From: an uncultured Oscillospiraceae bacterium
GTDB lineage: Bacteria; Bacillota; Clostridia; Oscillospirales; Oscillospiraceae
Direction: 5' to 3'
DNA: 64,000 nt
Assembly: GCA_947624985.1 (NCBI GenBank)
Contig: CANQMO010000012.1
Coordinates: 19,549 to 83,548 of the forward strand
Shown here: one piece after another, positions 16,283 through 25,235 of the stretch
How positions within the stretch are numbered: the stretch's first letter is position 1
Layout of the letters: each line of letters opens with the position of its first letter
Notes under the pieces: model-generated
The model's input: the letters and a program-made list of their open reading frames with translations, nothing else
Database searches by the model: none
What the model was told of the DNA's origin: nothing
Program-made: the position numbers and the translations under genes

Positions 16283-17134
16283 ATGGGCAGACCTGACGGC
16301 ATACGCGTCCGGGACGAGGTCCCGATGTACTATCTCATACCTCAGTTCATGACAGAGCGCCACGACGCCATGAACATGGTGACGGTGGACATCCCCGTGG
16401 AGCCTCTGCGGCAGTACATGAACGCCCAGCGGAAGGACGGTCGGCACATCAGTCACATGGCCCTGATCATGACGGCCTACGCCCATCTGGCGGGGGAATT
16501 TCCGTCTCTGAACCGGTTCGTGGTCAATCGGAAGATATACCAGCACAAGGACTTCAAGATCTCTCTGGTGGTCCTGCGGCCCGGCGACAGCGTCAACAGC
16601 AACACCATGGCCAAGCTGGAATTTACCCCGGCGGACACGGTCTTTGAGGTGCAGGACAAGATCGACGCCTACATTGAGAAAAACTCCTCCGCCGCCAAGG
16701 AGGACGAGAACGGGCTGGACAAGCTCATGCGGGTCCTGTGCCGGGCGGGGGGCCTGCTGAGCTTCATCGGCTGGGTCCTGCGCTTCGGGGACCGGCACGG
16801 GCTGCTGCCCCAGGCGCTGCTGGACGTGAGCCCCTTCCACGCCAGCGCTCTGATGACGAATCTGGCCAGTATCCGCACCAACCACATCTACCACCATGTG
16901 TACGACTTCGGCACCACCTCCGTGGCCATCGCCATGGGCAATATGCGGGACGTGGTGAAGCGGGGCAAGGGCGGCGCGCCGGAGGTGATCCGGTGTATCC
17001 CGCTGGGCGTGGTCATGGACGAGCGTATCGCTTCCGGCCACTATTTCGCCCTGGCCTTCGCCCGGCTGAAGGAAATGCTGGCCCATCCGGAGAGTCTGGA
17101 GCAGCCGGCGGATACGTCGCACCCCGTACGGTGA
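16283..17134 (+). CDS. Stand-alone 2-oxoacid dehydrogenase E2 / CAT-like acyltransferase catalytic-domain protein
   Basis: RBS AAGGAG precedes ATG 16283. MGRPDGIRVRD..PMYYLIPQFM..R.DAMN...VDI and the active-site-like HIYHHVYDFGT (HH..D.G) are present. No lipoyl or E3-binding domain is present. Confidence 0.6.
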   Translation: MGRPDGIRVRDEVPMYYLIPQFMTERHDAMNMVTVDIPVEPLRQYMNAQRKDGRHISHMALIMTAYAHLAGEFPSLNRFVVNRKIYQHKDFKISLVVLRPGDSVNSNTMAKLEFTPADTVFEVQDKIDAYIEKNSSAAKEDENGLDKLMRVLCRAGGLLSFIGWVLRFGDRHGLLPQALLDVSPFHASALMTNLASIRTNHIYHHVYDFGTTSVAIAMGNMRDVVKRGKGGAPEVIRCIPLGVVMDERIASGHYFALAFARLKEMLAHPESLEQPADTSHPVR

Positions 17135-17151
17135 CCGCCGCGCAATAGTAA

Positions 17152-17179
17152 CGGACGCCCTCCAAACGGAGGGCGTCCG
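17152..17179. terminator. Bidirectional terminator between convergent genes
   Basis: CGGACGCCCTCC-AAAC-GGAGGGCGTCCG is a perfect 12-bp stem followed by CACGTTTGTTTT. Confidence 0.8.
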
Positions 17180-17200
17180 CACGTTTGTTTTATATGGCGG

Positions 17201-18505
17201 TCACTTTGCGGCGGCCCGGGCCTTTTCCGCGGCGGCCAGCTTGGTCTGGCGGCGGTTTTTGACCTCCTCGCCCTTGGGCTGGATGTCTCCGGCGGCCTGT
17301 AGGGCCATCTTGGTCATCAGCGGGCCGACCAGCTCATAGACCAGCACGGCGAAGAGCGTGATGTTGCGGATGAGGGCGCCCTCCGCGCCGAGCTGCATGG
17401 CGGTGGTGCACATGCCCAGCGCCACGCCCGCCTGGGGCAGCAGGGTGATACCCAGGTACTTGCAGATGGAGGGGGAGCAGCGGGTGGCTTTGGCGGAGAT
17501 CCGGGCCCCGATATACTTGCCCGCGGAGCGGAAGAAGATATAGATCACGCCCAGCAGCACGATGGAACCGGAGGCGAACACCCCCAGGTCGAGCTCCGCG
17601 CCGCACAGCACGAAAAACAGCGCCAGCAGCGGCGAGGACCACTTGTCCGCCAGGTACATCAGGTCCTGAGACAGGGGGCAGCAGTTGCAGAACGTGGTGC
17701 CCAGCATCATGCAGACCAGCAGGGACGAAAAGCCCACCGTCACCGGGCCGATGTGGAATTCCGCCATGGACAGGGCCACCGTCAGGAACACGAAGGCGAT
17801 GGTCATGTTCAGGCGGTTCGTATTGGAGTTGAAGAGCTTTTCTATCTGGGTGAGCAGCCAGCCCATCAGCGCGCCAAGCCCCAGGGAGGCCACGATCTCC
17901 ACCAGCGGGTTGACCAGGATGGAGATCATGTCCACGTTGCCGAGGGTCAGGGTCTTGGCGATACCGAAGGAGACGGCGAACACCACCAGGCCCACCGCGT
18001 CGTCCAGCGCCACCACCGGCAGCAGCAGACTGGTGAGAGGGCCTTTGGCCTTGTACTGACGGACCACCATCAGCGTGGCGGCGGGGGCCGTGGCCGTGGC
18101 GATGGCGCCCAGCGTCAGGGTCTGGGCCACGGACAGTACGTCCGGCCGGAGCAGATGGAACGCATACAGGGCGATATCCACGAACACCGTGGCCGTCAGC
18201 GCCTGGAAAATGCCGACGATCGTGGCCTGCCTGCCGATGGCCTTCAACTCGGCCAGCCGGAATTCGTTGCCGATGGAAAAGGCGATGAAGCCGAGGGCCA
18301 CGTCAGAGGCCACGCTCAGCGCCTCCACCTGGTCAAAGCTGGAAAAGCCCAGGTACGGCACGCCCAGCGCGCCCAGACAGTAGGGGCCTATCAAAACGCC
18401 GGAGACCAGGTAGGCTGTCACCGACGGCAGATTGGCAAGTCTTGAGATACGGGTCATCATGAGTCCAGCCAGGATCGCGAAAGATACGGGGAGCAGAGTT
18501 TCCAT
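17201..18505 (-). CDS. Cation:proton antiporter (CPA2 / Kef-type Na+/H+ exchanger family)
   Basis: METLLPVSFAILAGLMMTRISRLANLPSVTAYLVSGVLIGPY... About 12 TM segments typical of the Na_H_Exchanger family, with a short basic C-tail. Confidence 0.85.
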   Translation of the reverse strand: METLLPVSFAILAGLMMTRISRLANLPSVTAYLVSGVLIGPYCLGALGVPYLGFSSFDQVEALSVASDVALGFIAFSIGNEFRLAELKAIGRQATIVGIFQALTATVFVDIALYAFHLLRPDVLSVAQTLTLGAIATATAPAATLMVVRQYKAKGPLTSLLLPVVALDDAVGLVVFAVSFGIAKTLTLGNVDMISILVNPLVEIVASLGLGALMGWLLTQIEKLFNSNTNRLNMTIAFVFLTVALSMAEFHIGPVTVGFSSLLVCMMLGTTFCNCCPLSQDLMYLADKWSSPLLALFFVLCGAELDLGVFASGSIVLLGVIYIFFRSAGKYIGARISAKATRCSPSICKYLGITLLPQAGVALGMCTTAMQLGAEGALIRNITLFAVLVYELVGPLMTKMALQAAGDIQPKGEEVKNRRQTKLAAAEKARAAAK

Positions 18506-18700
18506 ATGATCACCTGAATTTCATCAGAAGTTTTCACGCACAGGATATGAGTATAGCCGCTGGGCGGTGAAAAATCAAGTGTCAATTTCGCGAAAATCCC
18601 GGCTTTTCGCCGCCCTTCGCGTGCGCATTGACCATATCGCGCGTATGACCCGGGGCAAAAGCGCATATACTGGGGTGAGAAATGCGAAAAGGGTGATCGT

Positions 18701-19165
18701 ATGGTCAAGATCAAGCCGCTGGTGATAAGTCTGGCGATCAGTCTGGGCGTGGGCGGGCTGTCGGCGCTCGTCACGAAGGACGCCATGAAGGAGTACGCCT
18801 ATTTTGACCAGCCGCCGCTGTCGCCGCCGGGATGGGTGTTCCCGGTGGTGTGGACGGTGCTGTTCGTGCTGATGGGCGTGGCGGCCTATCTGGTGTGGAT
18901 CGAAAACGGCCCCGAGCGGGACCGGATGCTGACGCTGTACGCGGCACAGCTGGTGTTCAATTTCTTCTGGACCATCATCTTCTTCAACGGACAGAAATTC
19001 GCTCTGGCGTTCTTCTGGCTGCTGATCCTGTGGGGGCTGATCCTGGCGACGCTCCTCAGCTTCCGCAAGAAGAACAAGACGGCGGGCAATCTGCTCATCC
19101 CGTATCTCGTCTGGGTCACTTTCGCGGCGTATCTCAACGCCGGCGTCTGGTATCTGAACGGATAA
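18701..19165 (+). CDS. tspO: TspO/MBR tryptophan-rich sensory protein
   Basis: ...FDQPPLSPPGWVFPVVWTVLFVLMGVAAYLVW..., LYAAQLVFNFFWTIIFF and IPYLVWVTFAAYLN are hallmark TspO motifs. Confidence 0.9.
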   Translation: MVKIKPLVISLAISLGVGGLSALVTKDAMKEYAYFDQPPLSPPGWVFPVVWTVLFVLMGVAAYLVWIENGPERDRMLTLYAAQLVFNFFWTIIFFNGQKFALAFFWLLILWGLILATLLSFRKKNKTAGNLLIPYLVWVTFAAYLNAGVWYLNG

Positions 19166-19246
19166 CGACAGCCACGCGGCGTCTGCGCCCGCCGGCGCAA
19201 AAAGCTCCGCAGGATCTGGCTCCGCTGAGCCGAATCCCCTGAAACC

Positions 19247-19281
19247 AAAAAACAAGGCGCACTTTGTGCGCCTTGTTTTTT
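19247..19281 (+). terminator. Intrinsic terminator of tspO
   Basis: AAAAAACAAGGCGCA-CTTTG-TGCGCCTTGTTTTTT forms a 15-bp stem that includes the A/T runs. Confidence 0.85.
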
Positions 19282-19335
19282 GCAAAGCAACGTCCCAGTG
19301 GGTGCGCCTGCATGTCCAACCTAATTGTCTATCTC

Positions 19336-19437
19336 TATAATAGCAAACTTGCACCAATTTTACAATAATTGAGTTTTCCACAAGTGACTGTTTCTGATGG
19401 AACGGATAATTTGAAAATCGGTGCAAGTTGCTTTTTT
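19336..19437 (+). other. Orphan unit: TATAAT box, 16-bp terminal inverted repeats (15/16) 52 nt apart, and a T-tract
   Basis: TATAAT at 19336-19341. AACTTGCACCAATTTT (19346-19361) pairs with AAAATCGGTGCAAGTT (19414-19429), followed by GCTTTTTT. No ORF is present. It lies upstream of the separate rha promoter (TGcTATACT near 19501-19509). Confidence 0.35.
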
Positions 19438-19537
19438 CTACGAAAGCTCACTCTTTCCACGCGCTGTTGAAGCCACTTGGAAAACGTCTGCTTTTGTGAT
19501 ATGCTATACTAACAAAAGGCCAACAGTGGGTGATGAT

Positions 19538-20815
19538 ATGAAGTACCATCTTGCCATCGACATCGGCGCGTCCTCCGGCCGGCACATCGTGGGCTGGCGG
19601 GAGGACGGCGAACTGAAGACCCGGGAGGTCTACCGCTTCCCCAACGGGGTGCAGGAGCGGGACGGCCACCTGACCTGGGACGTGGCCGCTCTGCTGGCGG
19701 AGGTCCGGGCGGGCATCGAAAAGGCCCGTGCGGGATTTGGCTCCATCGAGAGCCTGGCCATCGACACATGGGGCGTCGATTACGTCCTGCTCCGGGGCAA
19801 CGAGGAAGTGCCGCCCTGCTATGCCTACCGGGACGGCCGCACGGAGGCGGTGATCGAAAAGGTCCACGCCCTCATGCCCTTCCCGGAGCTCTACCGCCGC
19901 ACCGGCTGCCAGTTCCAGCCCTTCAACACCATCTACCAGCTCTACGCGGATAAGCTGGCCGGGCGGCTGGCGGGCGTGACGGACATGCTGATGCTGCCGG
20001 AGTATCTGCTGTGGAAACTCTGCGGCGTGAAGGCCCGGGAGTACACCAACGCCACCACCACCGGCATGGTCAGCGCCCAGACCGGCCAATTCGACCTGGA
20101 CATCGCGGACCGGCTGGGCCTTCCACGGGCGCTGTTTCCCAAGCTCACCAGGCCGGGGACGGTCATCGGCGAATATAAGGGGATAAAATGCGTCCTCTGT
20201 GCCACCCACGACACCGGCTCGGCGGTGGAGGGCATCCCCATGGAGGGGAACGAGCCCTACATATCCTCCGGTACCTGGTCGCTACTGGGGGTCAAGACCG
20301 AAAAGCCCATCACGGACGAGGCCAGCCGGGAGGCCAATTATTCCAACGAGGGCGGCGTGGGCTACAATCGCTACCAGAAGAACATCATGGGCATGTGGCT
20401 GGGGAATGAATTGCAAAAGGAGCTGTGCCCGGACACGCCCTTCCCGGAGATCGTGGCTCTGGCGGAAGCAAGTACTTGCACCGCCACGGTGGACGCCAAC
20501 GCGCCCGCGTTCCTGGCCCCGGAGAGCATGAAGGCAGCCTTTGACCAGGCCGCAGGTGGTGCCCTCAAGGCTCCCGGCGACTTCTTCCGCTGCGCCTATG
20601 AGAGCCTTGCCCTCAGCTACCGGGACGCCATCCGGGAGCTGGAGCGCAATACGGGAAAGAAATACGAAAAGCTCTACATCGTGGGCGGCGGGGCGAAAAA
20701 CGCCTTTTTGAACCGCCTGACCGAACAGGCCACGGGCCTTGAAGTGATCGCTCTGCCCATCGAGGCCACGGCCCTGGGCAACTTAAAAGTACAAATGGAG
20801 GCGTTGTCATGTTAG
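19538..20815 (+). CDS. rhaB: Rhamnulokinase (FGGY carbohydrate kinase)
   Basis: MKYHLAIDIGASSGRHIVGW is the RhaB-type N-terminus (DxGASSGR). FGGY N and C domains are present. RBS GGGTGA. Confidence 0.8.
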   Translation: MKYHLAIDIGASSGRHIVGWREDGELKTREVYRFPNGVQERDGHLTWDVAALLAEVRAGIEKARAGFGSIESLAIDTWGVDYVLLRGNEEVPPCYAYRDGRTEAVIEKVHALMPFPELYRRTGCQFQPFNTIYQLYADKLAGRLAGVTDMLMLPEYLLWKLCGVKAREYTNATTTGMVSAQTGQFDLDIADRLGLPRALFPKLTRPGTVIGEYKGIKCVLCATHDTGSAVEGIPMEGNEPYISSGTWSLLGVKTEKPITDEASREANYSNEGGVGYNRYQKNIMGMWLGNELQKELCPDTPFPEIVALAEASTCTATVDANAPAFLAPESMKAAFDQAAGGALKAPGDFFRCAYESLALSYRDAIRELERNTGKKYEKLYIVGGGAKNAFLNRLTEQATGLEVIALPIEATALGNLKVQMEALSC

Positions 20816-22230
20816 TGCAGACCAAAGCGAGAGTGGGCGTGTTCGCCATCGCCCTGGGGGCCTATCTGCCCCAGTTTCCGTCCCTGGTGCCCGAGTTTGA
20901 GGGCCAGTACGCCGAATTCAAAAAGCGCATCCCCGACACCGTGGAGCTCATCGACGGGGGCCTTGTCACCACCAAGGAGCTTGCCATGGCCGCCGGGGAC
21001 AGGTTCCGGGCGGCAGACGTGGACCTGGTGATCTTGCAGCTTCTGACCTACGCCACCAGCTACAACATGCTCCCCGCCGTGCGGGATCTGGACGTGCCCG
21101 TGGTGCTGGTGAACCTGCAGAAGAAGCGGGCCCCCGACTACGAGCACACCGACACGGCCACCTGGCTGGGCACGCTGTACGCCTGCGGGGCCGTGGGGGA
21201 GATGGTGGCGGACCTGGAGCGGGCCGGCAAGCGCCACGCGGTCATCACCGGCGTGGTGGAGGGCGGCGACGACCACGCTCAGGCGGAGATAGAGGACTGG
21301 TGCCGCGCCGCCCAGGTGCGCCGCCGCTTCCGGGATACAAACCTGGCCCAGATCGGCCGGCCCTATCCCGGGATGATGGATCTCTACATAGACGAGACCA
21401 ACCTCTACCATCGGATGGGCCTTTACACAAAGCAGTTCGACTGGGAGAAGATGTGGGCCATCGCGGACGATATCACCGACGAGGCGGCCATCCGGGCCAA
21501 GGCACAGGACATCCTGGACACCTTCGACATCGAGGGCGGCGGGACTGTCGAGAAGGTCTGGGACATGGCAAAGTACGTTGTCGCCTTCGAGCAGTGGGTG
21601 AAGGACGAGCAGCTGGCCTTCGTGGCCTCCCACTACGACGGCTTCGCCCAGGGCGTGGCCGGAAAGCTGGACAGCATGCTCATCCCCGCGTTTTCCATGC
21701 TCATCAAGCAGGGCACAGCCTGCGCCGTGGAAGGGGATATAAAAGTCGCCATGGCCATGTGCATCCTCAAGACCATCGCCGGCACGGGGCAGCTTTCGGA
21801 GATGTACTCCATCGACTTTGACCAGGACATCTGCATCATCGGCCACTCCGGCTCCGGCGACGCGGACATCTCCCAGGCGCGAAAGCCCACCATGAAGATC
21901 GTCCCCGTGTTCCACGGCAAGACCGGCGGCGGGTATCTGACCCAGTTCTATCCCCCCACGGGACCCGTGACATACCTGGGCATCACCCAGGACCGGGACG
22001 GACATTTCAAGTTTGTTGTCGCCGAGGGCGTCAACGAGCCCGGACCCATCTTCACCTTTGGCGACACCAACATGCGCACCCGCTTCACCTGCGGGGCCCG
22101 GGCGTTCTGCGACAAGTGGAGCGAGGCCGGCCCCACCCACCACATGGCCGCCGCCGTGGGCCGCCACATCGACACCATCCTGAAGGTGGCCAAGATATTC
22201 AACGTCCCCGTGGACGTGATCACGAGATAA
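20809..22230 (+). CDS. L-arabinose/L-fucose isomerase-family sugar isomerase (473 aa)
   Basis: The start overlaps the rhaB stop; GGAGG RBS. ARVGVFAIALGAYLPQFPSL..., VILQLLTYATS and ...GHSGSGD... resemble the COG2407/AraA-like family, not the RhaA fold. Confidence 0.7.
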   Translation: MLVQTKARVGVFAIALGAYLPQFPSLVPEFEGQYAEFKKRIPDTVELIDGGLVTTKELAMAAGDRFRAADVDLVILQLLTYATSYNMLPAVRDLDVPVVLVNLQKKRAPDYEHTDTATWLGTLYACGAVGEMVADLERAGKRHAVITGVVEGGDDHAQAEIEDWCRAAQVRRRFRDTNLAQIGRPYPGMMDLYIDETNLYHRMGLYTKQFDWEKMWAIADDITDEAAIRAKAQDILDTFDIEGGGTVEKVWDMAKYVVAFEQWVKDEQLAFVASHYDGFAQGVAGKLDSMLIPAFSMLIKQGTACAVEGDIKVAMAMCILKTIAGTGQLSEMYSIDFDQDICIIGHSGSGDADISQARKPTMKIVPVFHGKTGGGYLTQFYPPTGPVTYLGITQDRDGHFKFVVAEGVNEPGPIFTFGDTNMRTRFTCGARAFCDKWSEAGPTHHMAAAVGRHIDTILKVAKIFNVPVDVITR

Positions 22231-22242
22231 GGAGAAAGACCC

Positions 22243-23055
22243 ATGAAAGACATCCTTACCGCGCCCTTCATGACGGAGATGATCCGCACGGCGACGAACA
22301 TGTACGCCCACGGCTGGGACGAGCGCAACGGCGGCAATATAAGCCTGCTGCTGGACGAGGCGGAAGTAAGCAATTATGTAAACTTAAACGCCGTCATCCG
22401 CACCATCCCCACGGGCTTTGAGGCCCCGGCCCTGGACGGGAAGTATTTTCTCGTTACCGGAACGGGCAAGTATTTCAAGAATGTCCAGTACGCCCCTGAC
22501 GTGAACCTGGGTCTGGTGCGCCTGCGGGACAAGGGCGCCACGACGGAGCTTCTCTGGGGCTTCACGGACGGAGGCAAATTCACCAGTGAGTTTCCCGCCC
22601 ACATGATGAGCCACGCGGCGCGTCTCGCCGTGGACCCGGATAACCATGTGGTCATGCACTGCCATCCGGCGAACCTGCTGGCCATGACATATGTGCACAC
22701 TCTGGATGAACGGGAATTCACCCGGACCCTGTGGCAGATGTGCACCGAGTGCATCGTGGTGTTCCCGGACGGGGTCAACGTGCTGCCCTGGATGCTGTGT
22801 GGCACTAATGAGATAGGCGAGGCTACCGCAGAGAAGATGGGCACGGCCCGACTGGTGGTCTGGGCCCAGCATGGCATCTATGGTGCCGGAAAGAACCTGG
22901 ACGAGACCTTCGGTCTCATTGAGACGGCGGAGAAGGCGGCGGAGATCTGGATGAAGATCGCCCATCTGCCCATCAAACAGACCCTCACGGATGAGCAGAT
23001 GCGCCTGCTGGTGGAACACTTCAAAGTGACCCCCCGGGAGGGGTATTTGGCGTAA
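22243..23055 (+). CDS. rhaD: Rhamnulose-1-phosphate aldolase (class II aldolase)
   Basis: ...MIRTATNMYAHGWDERNGGNISLLLDEAEV... closely parallels E. coli RhaD (..KGWDERNGGNLTLRLD..). Length is 270 aa. Confidence 0.85.
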   Translation: MKDILTAPFMTEMIRTATNMYAHGWDERNGGNISLLLDEAEVSNYVNLNAVIRTIPTGFEAPALDGKYFLVTGTGKYFKNVQYAPDVNLGLVRLRDKGATTELLWGFTDGGKFTSEFPAHMMSHAARLAVDPDNHVVMHCHPANLLAMTYVHTLDEREFTRTLWQMCTECIVVFPDGVNVLPWMLCGTNEIGEATAEKMGTARLVVWAQHGIYGAGKNLDETFGLIETAEKAAEIWMKIAHLPIKQTLTDEQMRLLVEHFKVTPREGYLA

Positions 23056-23096
23056 GAGCGGAAAAACTATTTATCATACAATCAGGAGGAAACATC

Positions 23097-24242
23097 ATGG
23101 CAAATCGTATCGTATTGAACAACGTATCCTATCACGGCGCGGGGGCCGTGGCCGAGATCGGCAATGAGCTGGCCGCTCACGGCTGCAAAAAGGTCTTCAT
23201 TGCCTCCGGCAACCATGTGGTCAAGTCCGGCCAGATCGACAGCATCCTGAGCGCCCTGAAGGAAAAGGGCATGGACTACACCATCTTCACGGACATCAAG
23301 CCCAATCCCACCATCGAGAACGTCCAGGCCGGCGTGGCCGCCTTCCAGGCCTTCGGCGCGGACAGCATCGTGGCCGTGGGCGGCGGCTCCGTCATGGACA
23401 CCGCCAAGGCCATCGGCGTCATCATCACCAACCCCGAGTTCGCCGACGTGCGCTCCCTGGAGGGCGTGGCCCCCACCAGGAACCACGCGGTATTCACCAT
23501 CGCCGTGCCCACCACCGCCGGTACCGCCGCCGAGGTGACTATCAACTACGTCATCACCGACGTGGAGCGCAAGCGCAAGTTCGTCTGCGTGGACGTGCAC
23601 GACATCCCGGACGTGGCCATCGTGGACCCGGACATGATGCTGTCCATGCCCGAAAGCCTCACCGCCGCCACCGGCATGGACGCGCTGACCCACGCCATCG
23701 AGGGCTACACCACCGCCGCGGCCTGGCAGATGACGGACATGTTCCACCTGGAGGCCATCCGGCTCATCTCCGCGAACCTGCGCGCCGCCCAGAAGAACGA
23801 CCCCGAGGGCCGCAAGGGCATGGCCTTGGGCCAGTATATCGCCGGCATGGGCTTTTCCAATGTGGGCCTGGGCATCGCCCACTCCATGGCGCACACCTTG
23901 GGCGCGGTGTACGACACGCCCCACGGCGTGGCCTGCGCCATGATGCTGCCCATCGTGATGGAGTATAACGCCGACGCCACCGGCGAGAAGTATCGCGAGA
24001 TCGCCCGGGCCATGGGCGTGAAGGGCGTGGACGATATGACCCAGGACGAGTACCGGGCCGCCGCCATCCAGGCGGTGAAGAAGCTGTCTGCCGACGTGGG
24101 CATCCCCGCCAAGCTAGACAAGCTGCGCGAAGAGGACTTGGACTTCCTGGCCCAGTCCGCCGCGGCGGACGCCTGCGCCCCCGGCAACCCCAAGCCGGCT
24201 TCCGTGGAGGACTTCAAGGCCCTGTTCCGCAAGATCATGTGA
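23097..24242 (+). CDS. fucO: Lactaldehyde reductase (iron-containing alcohol dehydrogenase)
   Basis: MANRIVLNNVSYHGAGAV..., GGGSVMDTAKAIG, VPTTAGTAAEVT and HSMAHTLGAVYDTPHGVA are FucO/Fe-ADH motifs. Confidence 0.85.
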   Translation: MANRIVLNNVSYHGAGAVAEIGNELAAHGCKKVFIASGNHVVKSGQIDSILSALKEKGMDYTIFTDIKPNPTIENVQAGVAAFQAFGADSIVAVGGGSVMDTAKAIGVIITNPEFADVRSLEGVAPTRNHAVFTIAVPTTAGTAAEVTINYVITDVERKRKFVCVDVHDIPDVAIVDPDMMLSMPESLTAATGMDALTHAIEGYTTAAAWQMTDMFHLEAIRLISANLRAAQKNDPEGRKGMALGQYIAGMGFSNVGLGIAHSMAHTLGAVYDTPHGVACAMMLPIVMEYNADATGEKYREIARAMGVKGVDDMTQDEYRAAAIQAVKKLSADVGIPAKLDKLREEDLDFLAQSAAADACAPGNPKPASVEDFKALFRKIM

Positions 24243-24265
24243 GACAAAGCGAATGACGCGATGCG

Positions 24266-24299
24266 CCGCCCGGCGGGAACGCCCGCCGGGCGGTTTCTT
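24266..24299 (+). terminator. Intrinsic terminator of the rha operon
   Basis: CCGCCCGGCGGG-AACG-CCCGCCGGGCGG is a 12-bp stem followed by TTTCTTC. Confidence 0.75.
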
Positions 24300-24387
24300 C
24301 GGTCGTCACCTCTGCCGGGGATTGCGGGCGAGGGGGTTTTGGTATATACTGCTGTCATGAGCATTTGGCGGCGGAGGTGACGGCAGC

Positions 24388-25200
24388 GTGTTCCCCTTTA
24401 TGAGATTTGACCGGCCCGGCCCGGGCGTGGACCCGAACGCGCCACGGAAAAAGGGCTTTGCCCGCTGGAGAGAGATAGCCGGGCGGGACTTCGGAGCGTT
24501 CTGGATCAGCGGCTTTGTGGCATTTGCCACCATGATCCCCTGGTTTTTTGGCATGTACTTTTCCGTGAACAGCCACCTGCTGCTGGTGCTGATGATCGTG
24601 TGTATCTTGGGCGGGATGCTGGCGGGTCCCTTTTGGAGCGCCCTTATGGACATGCTGCTGCGGAGCCTGCGGGATGAGCCTCTGATGTGGTCCTATAACT
24701 GGCGGGACGCCCTGCGGAAAAACTGCCGTCAGAGCCTGCTTTCAGGGGCGCTGTGCGCGCTGGTGTTCGGCCTGCAGTACTTTATCTTCCGCCACGTGGC
24801 CCCCGGCGGGGCGGGGATGCTCATCCTGGCCCTGCTGCTGGCGGGAACGGTGCTCACCACCGGCTTTTTCCTGTGGATGTGGGCGCTGATACCGCTGTTC
24901 GACCAGCCCTTTCCCTCCATCGCCAAAAACGCCCTGCTGCTGACGCTGGGCCACCTGCTCCCCACCCTGGGCGCGTCGCTGATCTGCCTTGCCTATCTCG
25001 CGCTGGTGATGGTCTTTCTCCCGGTGAGCATGCTGGCGGTGATCATCACCAACCTGTGGCTGCCCCTGTCCGGCGGGCTCATGGTGATCTACCCGCATTT
25101 GGACAAAGTCTTTGACCTGGAGAACGCCATCCGCGCCCTGCACGAGCAGCGGGCGGAGGAATATGCCGCCAGCCTGAAGGACGACGAAGCGAAGCAATAA
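24388..25200 (+). CDS. YesL-like DUF624 membrane protein
   Basis: N-terminus MRFDRPGPGVDPNAPRKKGFARWREI... matches the common DUF624 opening (..KPGPGV.K..P.KKGF.RFFE.), followed by TM helices. The start is GTG 24388 or ATG 24400. Confidence 0.65.
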   Translation: MFPFMRFDRPGPGVDPNAPRKKGFARWREIAGRDFGAFWISGFVAFATMIPWFFGMYFSVNSHLLLVLMIVCILGGMLAGPFWSALMDMLLRSLRDEPLMWSYNWRDALRKNCRQSLLSGALCALVFGLQYFIFRHVAPGGAGMLILALLLAGTVLTTGFFLWMWALIPLFDQPFPSIAKNALLLTLGHLLPTLGASLICLAYLALVMVFLPVSMLAVIITNLWLPLSGGLMVIYPHLDKVFDLENAIRALHEQRAEEYAASLKDDEAKQ

Positions 25201-25201
25201 G

Positions 25202-25235
25202 AGAGCCTCTTGCACACGCGCAAGAGGCTCTTTTT
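25202..25235. terminator. Bidirectional terminator between convergent genes
   Basis: AGAGCCTCTTGC-ACACGC-GCAAGAGGCTCT is a perfect 12-bp stem followed by TTTTT. Confidence 0.85.

Noticed and set aside
19351-19362. The 12-mer TGCACCAATTTT is shared between the 19.35-kb inverted-repeat unit and the loop of the 50.68-kb hairpin (50678-50689), suggesting a common mobile element
   Set aside because: Only 12 nt match, the flanks do not align, and the orientation relative to the transposase remnant is inconsistent with an IS end. It is treated as coincidence unless a genome-wide search shows more copies.
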